64,000 bases of DNA from Candidatus Shapirobacteria bacterium (lineage in GTDB: Bacteria > Patescibacteriota > Microgenomatia > UBA12405 > UBA6130). Where the stretch lies: assembly GCA_027007615.1 (NCBI GenBank), contig JALTFB010000031.1, positions 314 to 64,313 on the forward strand, read 5' to 3'. The position numbers and the translations under genes are program-made. The notes below the pieces were generated by a model. That model ran no database searches. It worked only from the letters and a program-made list of their open reading frames with translations, and was not told the origin of the DNA. The stretch's first letter is position 1. Each line of letters opens with the position of its first letter. Of this stretch, positions 30,414 to 40,994 are shown piece by piece.

Positions 30414-30459
30414 TAAAAAAATGCCGCCCAATATACAGGCTGGCGACTCTAATATACCA
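30414..30459 (-). promoter_or_regulatory. fusA promoter (extended -10) with a short hairpin + U7 leader
   Basis: TGgTATATT followed by gtcgccagcctgtatattgggcggc-a-ttttttt-a-ATG. Confidence 0.5.
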
Positions 30460-30616
30460 TAAATTAATAAAGGTTTAAAGAAAACCAACTGGCTAGTTAG
30501 TCAATTACAAGCTATAGGTTTTTACCACTCACCCATGGGAGCTATAAATTCCCAATCTGCCTCCACTGCTTTTTAGCGATTTGCCTCAATAATTTATTTT
30601 ACCTTTGGTTCATCGC

Positions 30617-30820
30617 TTAAAGTTTAATAATGCATTGGTCGCCAACAAATAATTTCATAGCTTTGGTTGAAGGCTGGCGGCCCTTTATCAAGCTTTCCCG
30701 GCCCACTAAAGAAGAATCGAAAGGCTTCGGCGAGTTAATTGCTTGCGCTCCTTCCATTAAGATGGAATTTTCAATTTTGGCGCCGGAAATGAGGCAATCA
30801 TCGGCAATGGAAGAATAAGG
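30617..30820 (-). pseudogene. 3' remnant of a long-form glucose-1-phosphate thymidylyltransferase (hexapeptide C-terminal domain)
   Basis: Hand translation PYSSIADDCLISGAKIENSILMEGAQAINSPKPFDSSLVGRESLIKG...MKLFVGDQCIIKL*. No 5' portion present. Confidence 0.6.
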
Positions 30821-30857
30821 GTTTCTGTCAAACTTAGAGATTGCCCAGGTAAGCAGT

Positions 30858-30887
30858 TTGACAACTATTTAGCAATTTTGTTATTAT
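30858..30887 (+). promoter_or_regulatory. Sigma70 promoter convergent with the NYN gene
   Basis: TTGACA-18 bp-TATTAT with extended TG. Confidence 0.6.
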
Positions 30888-30892
30888 ATAAA

Positions 30893-30956
30893 CATCATTA
30901 GGGAGAATACGAACCATGGACTATGTGTCTATGTGCGACGCCTCCCCTTCTTATTT
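30893..30956 (+). ncRNA. Candidate small hairpin RNA antisense to the 3' end of the NYN gene
   Basis: GGGAG...CTCCC outer stem, CATGGAC-tatgt-GTCTATG inner stem, U-rich tail, directly downstream of a promoter. Confidence 0.35.
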
Positions 30957-31482
30957 AGTCTTAATTCCAATTTATCTCTCTCAAAAATAATAAAAGTTTT
31001 GTGTTTTTGAAACCTCCTTAGCAAAGATGACTCGGATTTGGAATTGGGAATAATAATGCGCAATAACTTACCTTTTCTTTTCAAAAATTCGTGCAAACAA
31101 AAAAATCCCCATCGCCCGAAACGACAACTGCTTTGTCATAATTTGCAAATTCTATCGCCGCTGAATACAAAACTAACTCCGCGTCAACATTACCCTTTGG
31201 TTTACCATAATTGTCTTTTACCGTTGGTTTAAATATTAGTTTATATCCATAAGACTTTAGACTTTTATACATCTCCTCATATTTTCTAATATAGCCAATA
31301 AACAAATAGGCTTTCTTGACTTTGAATTTGTCAGTCAAGTATGTTCTAAACTTTTTGTAATCTAGCTTCCACCCTCTATAGGTTAATTTTTTATTCTTGT
31401 AAATGTTTTTGCTTGTCCCTAGATTTAGATTTTGGCTATCTATAAACGCATAAACAACAGGGTATTTTTTTCTTTAACTCAT
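30929..31482 (-). pseudogene. NYN-domain (PIN-like LabA/DUF88) nuclease pseudogene
   Basis: MS*RKKYPVVYAFIDSQNLNLG...WKLDYKKFRTYL...KGNVDAELV...VVVSGDGDF. TAA at codon 3 (31476-31474) and a -1 frameshift in a T7 run near 31100. The restored frame continues FCLHEFLKRKGKLLRIIIPN...RRT*. Confidence 0.85.
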
Positions 31483-31604
31483 TTTCCAATAAAATATTTA
31501 AAACAACTTTATCTCTTCGCTAAAACTAAAATTTGTTTGCGCGACGATTCATTCAAAATAAAGCACTCTTGCTGGCATAAAAGATCAGCAGCTCAGGCAA
31601 ACAT

Positions 31605-32084
31605 TTACCACCGTAAATGGGCAAAGGCGCGGTTAGCTTCAGCCAGTTTTTCTATTTCCTGCCGCTTGGCCACCGCCTTGCCTTCATTTTTAGCAGCTTC
31701 CATAATCTCGGCCGCTAATTTTTCGCCAAAAGTATGGTAGCTGGAATTGGGACGTTTTCTGGCCTCATCAACCAACCAGCGTAAAGCCAACGATCGCCGG
31801 CGGCGCTCATTGACCGGCACCGGCACTTGATAAGCTGCCCCACCTACACGCCGGGCACGCACTTCAATTTCCGGAATGATATTGGCCAAAGCCTGCTGAA
31901 AAACCTCAACCGCATCTTTCTTGGTTTTCTTAGCCACCAAGGCAAAAGCCCGATAAACTTGTTTGCGGGCAACTGTCTTCTTACCGCTGTACATTACCTT
32001 ATTGATAAGCCGGCTAACCATCACCTGATGATAAACCGGATCCGGAGTAATTAAGCGCGGTTGAAACCTTTGTTTCCTAGCCAT
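31605..32084 (-). CDS. rpsG: 30S ribosomal protein S7
   Basis: [34 protein letters not shown]. Start MARKQRF. Confidence 0.97.
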   Translation of the reverse strand: MARKQRFQPRLITPDPVYHQVMVSRLINKVMYSGKKTVARKQVYRAFALVAKKTKKDAVEVFQQALANIIPEIEVRARRVGGAAYQVPVPVNERRRRSLALRWLVDEARKRPNSSYHTFGEKLAAEIMEAAKNEGKAVAKRQEIEKLAEANRAFAHLRW

Positions 32085-32532
32085 TATTTGCCGGCGCCGG
32101 CGGCGCCGCCTCCTTCTTTGCTTGGCCGCCGCGTTTGGCGCCATATTTGCTTCGCGATTGGCGCCGATCCGATACTCCGGCGGCATCAAGCTCGCCCCGA
32201 ATAACATGATATCTAACCCCCGGCAAATCACGTACCCGGCCGCCGCGGACCAAAACAATTGCATGTTCAACGATATTATGGCCAATTCCGGGGATGTAAA
32301 CGGTAATCTCCCGCTTATTGGAAAGCCTTACTTTAGCAATTTTGCGCAGGGCCGAATGGGGCTTTTTGGGAGTCATTGTCCTCACCAAAGTAACCACCCC
32401 TCGCTTCTGCGGCGATAAAATTGGCGTCAAACGACCGCGAATGGGATTTAAAATCCCCCGCAAAGCCGGCACCTTTGACTTGCGCCGTTGTCGTTTACGT
32501 GGTTTCCGAACTAATTGGCTAAAAGTAGGCAT
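32077..32532 (-). CDS. rpsL: 30S ribosomal protein S12
   Basis: [41 protein letters not shown]. Confidence 0.97.
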   Translation of the reverse strand: MPTFSQLVRKPRKRQRRKSKVPALRGILNPIRGRLTPILSPQKRGVVTLVRTMTPKKPHSALRKIAKVRLSNKREITVYIPGIGHNIVEHAIVLVRGGRVRDLPGVRYHVIRGELDAAGVSDRRQSRSKYGAKRGGQAKKEAAPPAPANNG

Positions 32533-32533
32533 C

Positions 32534-35500
32534 TTATTTTTCTTTATTCCAATTTAACCGCGCCCTTTTGGGGTCGGTAGGAATCAATCGCCCTATAATA
32601 ACATTTTCCTTCAAGCCTATTAACTTGTCTTCACGGCCCAAAATAGCCGCTTCCGTCAAAACATTGGTGGTTTCCTGGAACGAAGCTGCTGAAAGCCAAG
32701 AACTTGTATGCAAAGACGTTTGAGTAATGCCCAACATAACTTTCTTGCCTTTTGCTAATTTGCCGCCCGTTTTTTCTACTTGTTTATTTTCCTCTAAAAA
32801 TGTTATTCCGTCTACATAAGAGCCTATCAAAAAAGAAGTATCTCCAGGCTCTGTAATCCTCACTCGGCTGCTCATCTCATGGATAATAACTTCGAAATGC
32901 TTATCATGAATAGAAATCCCCTGGGTTTCATATACCTTCTGAACCTCATTTAAGAAGAACCTACGAGCCATGTCAATGCCTTTCAATAACGCTAATCTCT
33001 TAATATCTATCGAACCTGCCGTTAACTGGTCGCCGGCTGCCACTTGCCGCCCTTTTTTAACCAATAGCGGCGTGGATAGCGGCAAGCGGTGGCTAACTTC
33101 CTTACCCTTGCTTCCCTTGATAACCAATTCTAAATGGTCTTTTGCTTTTCTGATGTCTATTTTTCCATCGGTATCGGCCAAAATCGCCGCCGCTTTGGGG
33201 GCCCGCATTTCAAAAAGCTCTTGAACTCGCGGCAAACCTTGAGTCACATCTAAACCGATAACGCCCCCCGAATGTTTCGTGCGCAATGTCAACTGTGTGC
33301 CCGGCTCGCCAATCGATTGGGCGGCAATCACCCCCACTGGCATGCCTACTTTAACCAACTTATGCTTGCTTAAATCGGCCCCGTAACACTTGGAGCAAAC
33401 GCCAGCCTCGGTTTCACATGTCAATGGCGAACGCACAACCACTTCTTTAATTCCGGCTTTTTTTATCTTTTTCAATTCCTCATCGCCAATAAGAGTTCCC
33501 CTTTTTAAAATAATCTTGCCTTTTTTATCCTTTACCGCAGCCGCCAATACTCTATCGCTAATCCGAAGGTAAAATTTGCTCTCTCGATTTCCTTCCCGGC
33601 GAATAGTAATGCCGTGATTGGTGCCGCAATCTTCCTCGCGCACCAAACAAGTGTGGGCGACATCGATAAGTTTACGGGTCAAATAACCGGCGTCGGCAGT
33701 TTTTAAAGCCGTATCCGTTAAGCCTTTGCGCGATCCCCGGGCGCCGGTAACATATTCAAAAGTGGAAAGGCCGTCGCGGAAACTTGATTTCGTTGGCAGA
33801 GGAACAATATGGCCCAAAGGATCAACCACCAATCCGCGCATTCCCGAAACCTGTTTGATTTGATCTTGAGAAACACGTTTCGCCCCGGCGCCGCTAATAA
33901 GTTTAATCGGCGAATCAGGGCTTAATCTCTGCCAAGTCTTGGCGGCAATATCATCGGTTGTCTCCAGCCAAATATCACGGGAAAGCCGTTCCTTCTCTTC
34001 AGCTGTTAGCAAACCCTCTTGATAGGTTTCCTCCAATTCATGAACTCGCCGATCGGCGGCGGCAATAATCTCTCTTTTGCCCGGCAAATCTCCAAGGTCG
34101 AAAACTCCTAAGGAAATACCTGATATCGTCATGCCCCAAAAACCAAAATCTTTAATGGCATCAACTAAACGCACATATTCGCGCCTGGCTGAAGTGCTGA
34201 AAACATGCGCCAAAATAGATTTAATTCGCTTACTGTTCATTGCCTGGTTTAGAAAGCCAATCCCCGACGGCAAAAGTTGGTTAAACATCAGCCTGCCCAC
34301 GGTAGTAAGCTGGCGTTTGCCATCAAGCTTGACAATTATCAATTGCCGCAAGCCTATCTTGCCCAAATCATAAGCTGTTTCCGCTTCCGATAGCGACATG
34401 AAATAAGACACCTCCGGCCATTCGCCCTTGTCCTGATAGGCTTGCCAAAGAGTTGAATCTTCCTGCCGGACAGAAGTGGCATAGTAACAGCCCACCACCA
34501 TTTCTTTGCTGGGCACATTTACCGGAGCTCCGTCTGATGGCTTAAGCAGGTTGCGGGAAGAAAGAATTAGCCGCCGCGCTTCCCGCTGGGCCTCTTTAGA
34601 CAGAGGTAGAAACACTCCCATTTGGTCGCCGTCAAAATCAGCGTTGAAACCGGAGCAGACCAAAGGATGGAGATGGATTGCTAAGCTGTCAATAAGTATC
34701 GGCTTAAAAGCCTGGATGGAAAGCTTATGCAAAGTCGGCGCCCTATTCAGAAGAATTAGCCGGTTACGGACCACCTCTTCCAAGATATCGTAAACCTCGG
34801 CAATGCGGTGGTCCAGCAAAGTTTTAGCGCTGCGAATATTGGGTGCCAAACCCCTCAATATCAATTCCCGGAGAATAAAGGGGCGAAAAATTTCCAAAGC
34901 TATTTCTTTGGGCAAACCGCATTGGCTTAAACGAAGTTCCGGACCAACCACAATAACGCTTCTCCCCGAATAGTCAACCCGCTTACCCAGCAAATTTTTG
35001 CGGAAACGGCCCTTTTTGCCCCGCAACAGATCGGAAAGCGACCGCGGCGGAGTACGGCGGCGCATCAGCCGGCCCTTACTCTTGGTAGCATCGATAAGCA
35101 TATCGACACTTTCTTGCAACATCCGCTTTTCATTGCGCAAAATAATCTCCGGAGCTCCCACGGCTATCAGTTTCTTAAGGCGGTTATTGCGGTTAATCAC
35201 CCGCCGGTAGAGATCATTCAAATCCGAGGTGGCGAAACGGCCGCCGGTGAGCTGGACCATCGGCCGCAAGTCGGGGGGGATTACCGGCAGCACTCTCAAT
35301 ATCATCCAAACCGGGTTGATATTTGCTTTTAGCATGCCGTTGATTACCCTAATCCTCTGCATAATCTTATTTTTCTTAGCCAAACTGGCCGTCTTAATTA
35401 TCTCTTGGCGCAATATTTTCAAAGTTTTCTTTAAATCAACAGCGGCTAAAGCATCCAAAATTGCCTCCGCCCCCATCCTAACCGTGAAAAAGTCAGCGGC

Positions 35501-36283
35501 CCCAAAACGCGCCAGATGGTAATGTTCTTCTTCTGAAAGGGTAGCAAAAAGCGCTAATGTCCGAATGCGAACCGCTAGGGCTCCTTCAAGATTTTTCAGG
35601 TGATCTTTTTCCAAAAGGAATCTTTCTTTTTCGCGCTGAATTTTCTGGTTAAAATTAACCGTCAATTCTATTTGGGCTAACTTGCGTTGGTCTTTATTTT
35701 TAATTTTCGTTTCCAGCTGCTTCTTTTCGGCTTGCAGGCGTTGCCGCAAAGACATAATTTCTCGGCGGCTCACTTCACGCTGGCGAGCAATTTCAGCCTT
35801 TACTCCCTCTTTGAAATTATCCAATGCTTTCTGCCGTTTTCCCTCATCAAGACTTGTTACCAGATAGCGGGCAAAATAAACAACTGCCTCTATTTCCTTT
35901 TGGGAAATCCGCAACAGCAAAGAAATTGGCGAAGGATAATTTTTCAAAAACCAAAGATGAACCACCGGGACCGCTAATGAGATATGTCCCATCCGTTCGC
36001 GGCGGACTCGCGAGTGAGTAACCTCCACACCGCATTTATCGCAAATTACCCCTTTAAAGCGAATCCCTTTGTATTTGCCGCAATAACATTCGTAATCTTT
36101 TGTCGGGCCAAAAATGCGCTCGCAAAACAAGCCGTCTTTTTCCGGACGCCAAGTACGGTAATTAATTGTTTCCGGCTTGGTGACTTCCCCGTAAGACCAT
36201 TGTAAAATTTCTTCCGGCGAGGCCAACCGAATGCGCAATCCCTTAAAATCCACAATGCCTTTATCGAAAAAATCTTTTTTCAT
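32534..36283 (-). CDS. rpoC: RNA polymerase beta' subunit
   Basis: KPETINYRT, zinc finger, [33 protein letters not shown]. Confidence 0.99.
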   Translation of the reverse strand: MKKDFFDKGIVDFKGLRIRLASPEEILQWSYGEVTKPETINYRTWRPEKDGLFCERIFGPTKDYECYCGKYKGIRFKGVICDKCGVEVTHSRVRRERMGHISLAVPVVHLWFLKNYPSPISLLLRISQKEIEAVVYFARYLVTSLDEGKRQKALDNFKEGVKAEIARQREVSRREIMSLRQRLQAEKKQLETKIKNKDQRKLAQIELTVNFNQKIQREKERFLLEKDHLKNLEGALAVRIRTLALFATLSEEEHYHLARFGAADFFTVRMGAEAILDALAAVDLKKTLKILRQEIIKTASLAKKNKIMQRIRVINGMLKANINPVWMILRVLPVIPPDLRPMVQLTGGRFATSDLNDLYRRVINRNNRLKKLIAVGAPEIILRNEKRMLQESVDMLIDATKSKGRLMRRRTPPRSLSDLLRGKKGRFRKNLLGKRVDYSGRSVIVVGPELRLSQCGLPKEIALEIFRPFILRELILRGLAPNIRSAKTLLDHRIAEVYDILEEVVRNRLILLNRAPTLHKLSIQAFKPILIDSLAIHLHPLVCSGFNADFDGDQMGVFLPLSKEAQREARRLILSSRNLLKPSDGAPVNVPSKEMVVGCYYATSVRQEDSTLWQAYQDKGEWPEVSYFMSLSEAETAYDLGKIGLRQLIIVKLDGKRQLTTVGRLMFNQLLPSGIGFLNQAMNSKRIKSILAHVFSTSARREYVRLVDAIKDFGFWGMTISGISLGVFDLGDLPGKREIIAAADRRVHELEETYQEGLLTAEEKERLSRDIWLETTDDIAAKTWQRLSPDSPIKLISGAGAKRVSQDQIKQVSGMRGLVVDPLGHIVPLPTKSSFRDGLSTFEYVTGARGSRKGLTDTALKTADAGYLTRKLIDVAHTCLVREEDCGTNHGITIRREGNRESKFYLRISDRVLAAAVKDKKGKIILKRGTLIGDEELKKIKKAGIKEVVVRSPLTCETEAGVCSKCYGADLSKHKLVKVGMPVGVIAAQSIGEPGTQLTLRTKHSGGVIGLDVTQGLPRVQELFEMRAPKAAAILADTDGKIDIRKAKDHLELVIKGSKGKEVSHRLPLSTPLLVKKGRQVAAGDQLTAGSIDIKRLALLKGIDMARRFFLNEVQKVYETQGISIHDKHFEVIIHEMSSRVRITEPGDTSFLIGSYVDGITFLEENKQVEKTGGKLAKGKKVMLGITQTSLHTSSWLSAASFQETTNVLTEAAILGREDKLIGLKENVIIGRLIPTDPKRARLNWNKEK

Positions 36284-39200
36284 TCTCTTGCCTCCCTAAT
36301 GGTTGGCTCCGGCTGGTGGCGAACCACTCCCACCGGTGAAACTTCTAACGAGAGACCGGCCAACTCGCGCACCAAAACGCGGAATGATTCCGGTAGGGCG
36401 GGATGGGGCGTATCCTGGCCTTTAATAATGGCCCTAAAAGCCTGAGTGCGGCCGATGGTGTCGTCTGACTTGATGGTTAGCATTTCCTGGAGAGTATAAG
36501 CCGCCCGGTGGGCCTCTAAAGCCCAAACTTCCATCTCGCCAAAACGCTGACCGCCCATGCGGGCTTTGCCGCCCAGAGGCTGCTGGGTAACTAAAGAATA
36601 AGGGCCGGTAGACCGGGCATGAATTTTGTCTTCGACCATATGGTGAAGCTTATTAATATAACCGACGCCAACCATAACCTTTTGTTCCAAAGGCGTGCCG
36701 GTTTTACCATCAAAAAGGACCATCTTCCCGTCAGCCGGAAAACCGGCCTTGGAAAGCAAATCTCGAATCACCGATTCTGGCAATTTATTAAAGCTCGCCA
36801 CCGCATATTTCTGGTTTAATTTTTGGGCCGCCATCCCTAAATGGGCTTCCAACAGTTGGCCTAAATTCATCCGGGCGATAACTGAAAGCGGAGAAATAAG
36901 AATGTCTACCGGCGTGCCGTCTTCCAAATAAGGCATGTCTTGAACCGGCATTACCTTGGCAACAACCCCCTTATTGCCATGGCGGCCGGCAACTTTATCT
37001 CCTTCTTGGATCTTACGCAATTGGGCTACCGCCACTCGAACGACTTTGTTAACACCTATTTCAAGCTCATCATTTTTATCCCTATCTAAAATTTTAACCC
37101 CAATGACTACTCCGCTTTCACCGTTCGGCACTCGCAGGCTTGTATCCCTAACCTCTTTGGCTTTTTCACCAAAAATCGCTCGCAGCAGCCTCTCCTCAGC
37201 CGTTAATTCTTTTTGCCCTTTAGGTTCGACCTTGCCCACTAAAATATCATTGGGCCCCACTTCCGCCCCAATCATAACAATGCCGTCTCCGGTTAGGCGC
37301 GCCAGATCCGCTTCGCTTACCCCAGGAATATCGCGAGTCAATTCTTCCGGCCCTAATTTCGTATCCACAACTTTGGCTTCGTATTCATTTATCTCAATCG
37401 ACGTTAGAACATCGTCTTTAACCAGGCTGTCGGCAATTACAATCGCATCTTCGTAACCCAAACCGTCAATGCATGCATAGGCAACCACCAAATTCCTACC
37501 TAAAGCCAGTTCGCCATTTTCCGTTGCCGGGCCGTCAGCCAACAGCTGCCCCTTCTTTACGCTCTGGCCGACTTGGACCACCGGCCGTTGCGAGTAGCAA
37601 GTACCATTGGGGCTGGTCCTTTGGTGGCGGAAAAGTTGGTAAATATGCGCGCCATTTTCAATTTTAAAACTGTCGCTTTCCGGTAAAGCCACTCTTTTTG
37701 ATGGCTTAACAATAATTTTCTCGGCGTCAACATAGGTCACCTTGCCGGCGGCGCGGGCCACGCCAATCCGTTGCATTGCCCGAGGAACAATCGATTCCAC
37801 CCCCGTGCCCACCAATGGCGCTTCCGGACTGACCAGGGGCACCGCTTGACACTGCATATTCGACCCCATCAAAGCCCTGTTGGTTTCATCATGAGCGATA
37901 AAAGGAATTAGCGCGGCGGAAAGGCCTAAAATTTGCTGGCTGCAATAATCTATGAGTTGTACTTTATTAGATTTGGCTTCGAAAAAGCGCCCCTGGTGGC
38001 GGACTGGGACTATCTCGTCGCGGATAAAACCATCCTTGTCCATCTTGACTCCTGATAAGGTAATGTAATAATCCATTTCGTCATCCGCCTGGAGATAAAC
38101 CATTTCTTTGGTAACCTTCGCCAAAGTTTTGCCGCCTCTCTTAACCGATTTAACCCGCCAATAAGGCGTTTCCAGAAAACCATATTTATTGACCCTGACA
38201 AACAAGGCCAGATAAGTGACCAGGCCAATGTTCATTCCCTCCGGGGAGCGCACCGGGCAAATGCGGCCATATTGGGAGCTGTGAATATCACGGATTGAAA
38301 AGGTCGCCCGTTCCCGAGTAATGCCCTCCGGCCCGGTTACCGTCACCTTGCGCAAAAGATCCAATTCTGAAAGCGGGCTTGTTTGGTCCAGAATTGAAGA
38401 TAGTTGGTTTGTCTTAAAAAACGTATTAACAGTGTTAATCAGCGGCTGGCCGTTAACTATTTGCGAAGCCCTCACTTTTTCTTTAACACTTACCAAGCTC
38501 ATCCGCTCGCGGATAACCCGTTCAAAGCGCAACATAGCCCGGCGCAAAATTGATTGTGTTAAAATCTCGCTGACTCGGCGTAAGCGGCGATTAGCCAAAT
38601 GGTCAATATCATCCAATTTCGTTTCTTTACCAGTTGTTAACCCCAATAAATAATGAACCGTGGCTTCAATATCGGCTGGTTGTAAAACCCAATACTGGGA
38701 ATTCTCTTCATCAAATTTTAAGCCCAAGCGCTTATTGATTTTATGGCGGCCCACCATTCCCAAGCTGTATGTATGAGTATCAAAAAACATATTTTTCAAA
38801 AGGCCGCGGGCATTTTCGGCAACCAAAGGCTCACCGGGCCGTAAGCGGCGGTAGAATTCAAGCAAAGCTTCTGTTTGTGTGCGGCTGGGGTCTAGCTCTA
38901 ACGTCGGCCTTATTCCCTTGCCAAAGATTTTCTCTAATTTTTTATCATCGCCCAAGCCGATCGCTTTCAGAAGAATTGTGGCAGGAAATTTTCGCCGCCT
39001 GTCAATACGGACATGGGTTACCCCTTTGCTGCCAATTAAAAATTCCAGCCACGACCCATGCAAGGGACGTAATTCGGCGCGGAAAAGCTCTTGGCGCGAT
39101 GTCGGGTCAGTTTCGGAAACAAAATAAACTCCCGGCGATCTCACCAGCTGGTTGTTCACCGTCCGCTCCACCCCGGCAATAATAAACGTGCCGGTATCTG

Positions 39201-39540
39201 TCATCCAGGGAAAATCAGCCAGAAAAACCGTTTCTTTCGTTTCCTTTCCGGTGCGCTTATTAAGCAAACGGACTTTAGCCCGCAACGCCGCCGAATAAGT
39301 CAAACCTTTTTCACGGGCTTGCTGAGGCGTTAACCGCGGAGAATCGAAAAAAATATTCTCAAAAACAAGCGTCCAGTTTTTACCGGTATAATCATTTATC
39401 GGATTTATGTTTTGGAAAATAGTGGCCACTTGATAATCGGCAAAATCGCGCCATGAAGATAACTGAAGGTTAATTAAATCTTCAGGTCGCGGCAAAATTG
39501 GTTTTGTTCCCAGAAAAATTCGTTTCGACTGGCCCGCCAT
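36280..39540 (-). CDS. rpoB: RNA polymerase beta subunit
   Basis: [45 protein letters not shown]. Confidence 0.99.
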   Translation of the reverse strand: MAGQSKRIFLGTKPILPRPEDLINLQLSSWRDFADYQVATIFQNINPINDYTGKNWTLVFENIFFDSPRLTPQQAREKGLTYSAALRAKVRLLNKRTGKETKETVFLADFPWMTDTGTFIIAGVERTVNNQLVRSPGVYFVSETDPTSRQELFRAELRPLHGSWLEFLIGSKGVTHVRIDRRRKFPATILLKAIGLGDDKKLEKIFGKGIRPTLELDPSRTQTEALLEFYRRLRPGEPLVAENARGLLKNMFFDTHTYSLGMVGRHKINKRLGLKFDEENSQYWVLQPADIEATVHYLLGLTTGKETKLDDIDHLANRRLRRVSEILTQSILRRAMLRFERVIRERMSLVSVKEKVRASQIVNGQPLINTVNTFFKTNQLSSILDQTSPLSELDLLRKVTVTGPEGITRERATFSIRDIHSSQYGRICPVRSPEGMNIGLVTYLALFVRVNKYGFLETPYWRVKSVKRGGKTLAKVTKEMVYLQADDEMDYYITLSGVKMDKDGFIRDEIVPVRHQGRFFEAKSNKVQLIDYCSQQILGLSAALIPFIAHDETNRALMGSNMQCQAVPLVSPEAPLVGTGVESIVPRAMQRIGVARAAGKVTYVDAEKIIVKPSKRVALPESDSFKIENGAHIYQLFRHQRTSPNGTCYSQRPVVQVGQSVKKGQLLADGPATENGELALGRNLVVAYACIDGLGYEDAIVIADSLVKDDVLTSIEINEYEAKVVDTKLGPEELTRDIPGVSEADLARLTGDGIVMIGAEVGPNDILVGKVEPKGQKELTAEERLLRAIFGEKAKEVRDTSLRVPNGESGVVIGVKILDRDKNDELEIGVNKVVRVAVAQLRKIQEGDKVAGRHGNKGVVAKVMPVQDMPYLEDGTPVDILISPLSVIARMNLGQLLEAHLGMAAQKLNQKYAVASFNKLPESVIRDLLSKAGFPADGKMVLFDGKTGTPLEQKVMVGVGYINKLHHMVEDKIHARSTGPYSLVTQQPLGGKARMGGQRFGEMEVWALEAHRAAYTLQEMLTIKSDDTIGRTQAFRAIIKGQDTPHPALPESFRVLVRELAGLSLEVSPVGVVRHQPEPTIREARE

Positions 39541-39592
39541 TATTTTTGGAGAGTAAGTTTCTTCAGCAACTTTTTCCTAAAATTTTAAACAC

Positions 39593-39616
39593 AAAAAGAG
39601 GGCGACCTACCGCCCT
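39593..39616 (-). terminator. Intrinsic terminator in the rpoB 5' leader (attenuator candidate)
   Basis: agggcgg-tagg-tcgccct-cttttt between the promoter and the rpoB start. Confidence 0.6.
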
Positions 39617-39646
39617 GCTAGGTTCGCAACCTCCGAGTTTAAGCCG

Positions 39647-39675
39647 ATTATAACTCGCCCTAACATACTTGTCAA
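39647..39675 (-). promoter_or_regulatory. Consensus sigma70 promoter for rpoBC
   Basis: TTGACA-17 bp-TATAAT, exact match. Confidence 0.85.
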
Positions 39676-39830
39676 ATTTACGCCCTGGTTCATGACATCA
39701 TGGGCACTTCTTTCTCTCCAGCTCAACAATAATTCTCATCCCATCACTCCTTTTTTCTGATATCCACTATTTATCTTGGATGTGACACCTCCAAAAGATA
39801 TATTAGCTTGCAGAAAAAACTACAAGCAGA

Positions 39831-40895
39831 TTAGGGATGGAGGAAAAAGGCAACAGCCATAATGCCGTAGGCGATGAGAAGTTGGAGCCCTTCAAACCAA
39901 TGCGCCTCGCCATCCTCAACGATAAGGTTGGTAACCAAAACAGCCAAGGTGATAGTCACCAATTCAAACGGCCGGAAAACCAGCCCCAGTTGTTTCTCAA
40001 ATAGGAAGCTGGCAAGAACCAAAACCGGCGCCACCAGCATGGCGATTTGCGTCGCCGAACCAAGAGTAATCTGGAGCGCCAAGTCCATTTTGTTCTTTAT
40101 GGCCATTGTAATGGCGGTAGTGTGTTCGGCCGCATTGCCGATAATAGCAATGAAAATAACCCCGATGAAAAGCTCTGTCCAGCCTAGACTGTGAACTACC
40201 GGCTCAATTGTCGTCACCAAAATTTCGCTTAGAAAAGAAACCCCCACTGTGCTTGCCAACAAAATAAAAGCGCTCACTTGCCAGTTCCAACTGGGAGACT
40301 CTTCTTTTCCCGCCTCCCCATAAAGGTGCTTGTGGGTCCAAAGCATGAAAAAAAGATTGCCCAAATAAGCAACCAGGATGAGAATTGCCACGGCGACGCT
40401 TAGCTCCTCGGTAACCCAACGGTCTATGCCCGGGGCGGTCGAATAAAAAAAAGCCGGTACCGCCAAGGAAACGACGGCCAATAACAATGTCGACGCTGAG
40501 GCTAAGGCCGCTGTCTTGTTAAATTGCAACTTTTTATATTTCCAACCAGCCAGGAAAATGGCACTGCCGGTTACCAAAAGCAAGTTGCCCAAAATTGAAC
40601 CGGTGATTGAGGCTTTCACCACCTCCGTCAACCCATGCCGCAAGGCTAAGATGCCAATAATCAGCTCGGTGGCATTGCCAAAAGTAACATTAAGAATTCC
40701 CCCCAAAGCCGGACCGAGGTAGGTAGCCAGCGATTCCGTCGCCTGGCCGATATACTTGGAGAGTGGGATAATAGCCAGCGACGCCAAAAACATCAACCAG
40801 ATTGACGGGCAATGAAACAGCCATCCCAAAATGGCCAAGGGGATAAAACCCAGCATTCCCAAAAAAATCTTTTCTATTGATAGTCTTCTTCTCAT
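39831..40895 (-). CDS. Ca2+/H+ exchanger (CaCA, Cax/ChaA type)
   Basis: Alpha repeats TFGNATELI, ITGSILGNLLL, IIGNAAEH, GSATQIA. Confidence 0.93.
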   Translation of the reverse strand: MRRRLSIEKIFLGMLGFIPLAILGWLFHCPSIWLMFLASLAIIPLSKYIGQATESLATYLGPALGGILNVTFGNATELIIGILALRHGLTEVVKASITGSILGNLLLVTGSAIFLAGWKYKKLQFNKTAALASASTLLLAVVSLAVPAFFYSTAPGIDRWVTEELSVAVAILILVAYLGNLFFMLWTHKHLYGEAGKEESPSWNWQVSAFILLASTVGVSFLSEILVTTIEPVVHSLGWTELFIGVIFIAIIGNAAEHTTAITMAIKNKMDLALQITLGSATQIAMLVAPVLVLASFLFEKQLGLVFRPFELVTITLAVLVTNLIVEDGEAHWFEGLQLLIAYGIMAVAFFLHP

Positions 40896-40994
40896 TTTGC
40901 CTTTACGTATCTTTTAATGCTACCACATTTGCGGGAGAAAGCTCATAATTCTCCAAGATTGCTCCGCATTCGAATATTTGACATTTTGTTTAAA

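Noticed and set aside
31090-31110. Programmed frameshift or phase variation in the NYN gene T7 run
   Set aside because: An independent in-frame TAA at codon 3 makes simple pseudogenisation more parsimonious. A homopolymer sequencing error cannot be excluded.
32534-39540. Inteins or introns in rpoB/rpoC
   Set aside because: Lengths are compact and conserved motifs are contiguous. The beta' insert near residues 150-250 looks like a coiled-coil lineage insertion without intein motifs.
40896-40994. Metal-sensing riboswitch upstream of the Ca2+/H+ exchanger
   Set aside because: An imperfect stem (GGAGAA/TTTCTCC) exists, but I see no yybP-ykoY or M-box consensus, and it appears to lie upstream of a likely -10 (TGgTAGCAT).
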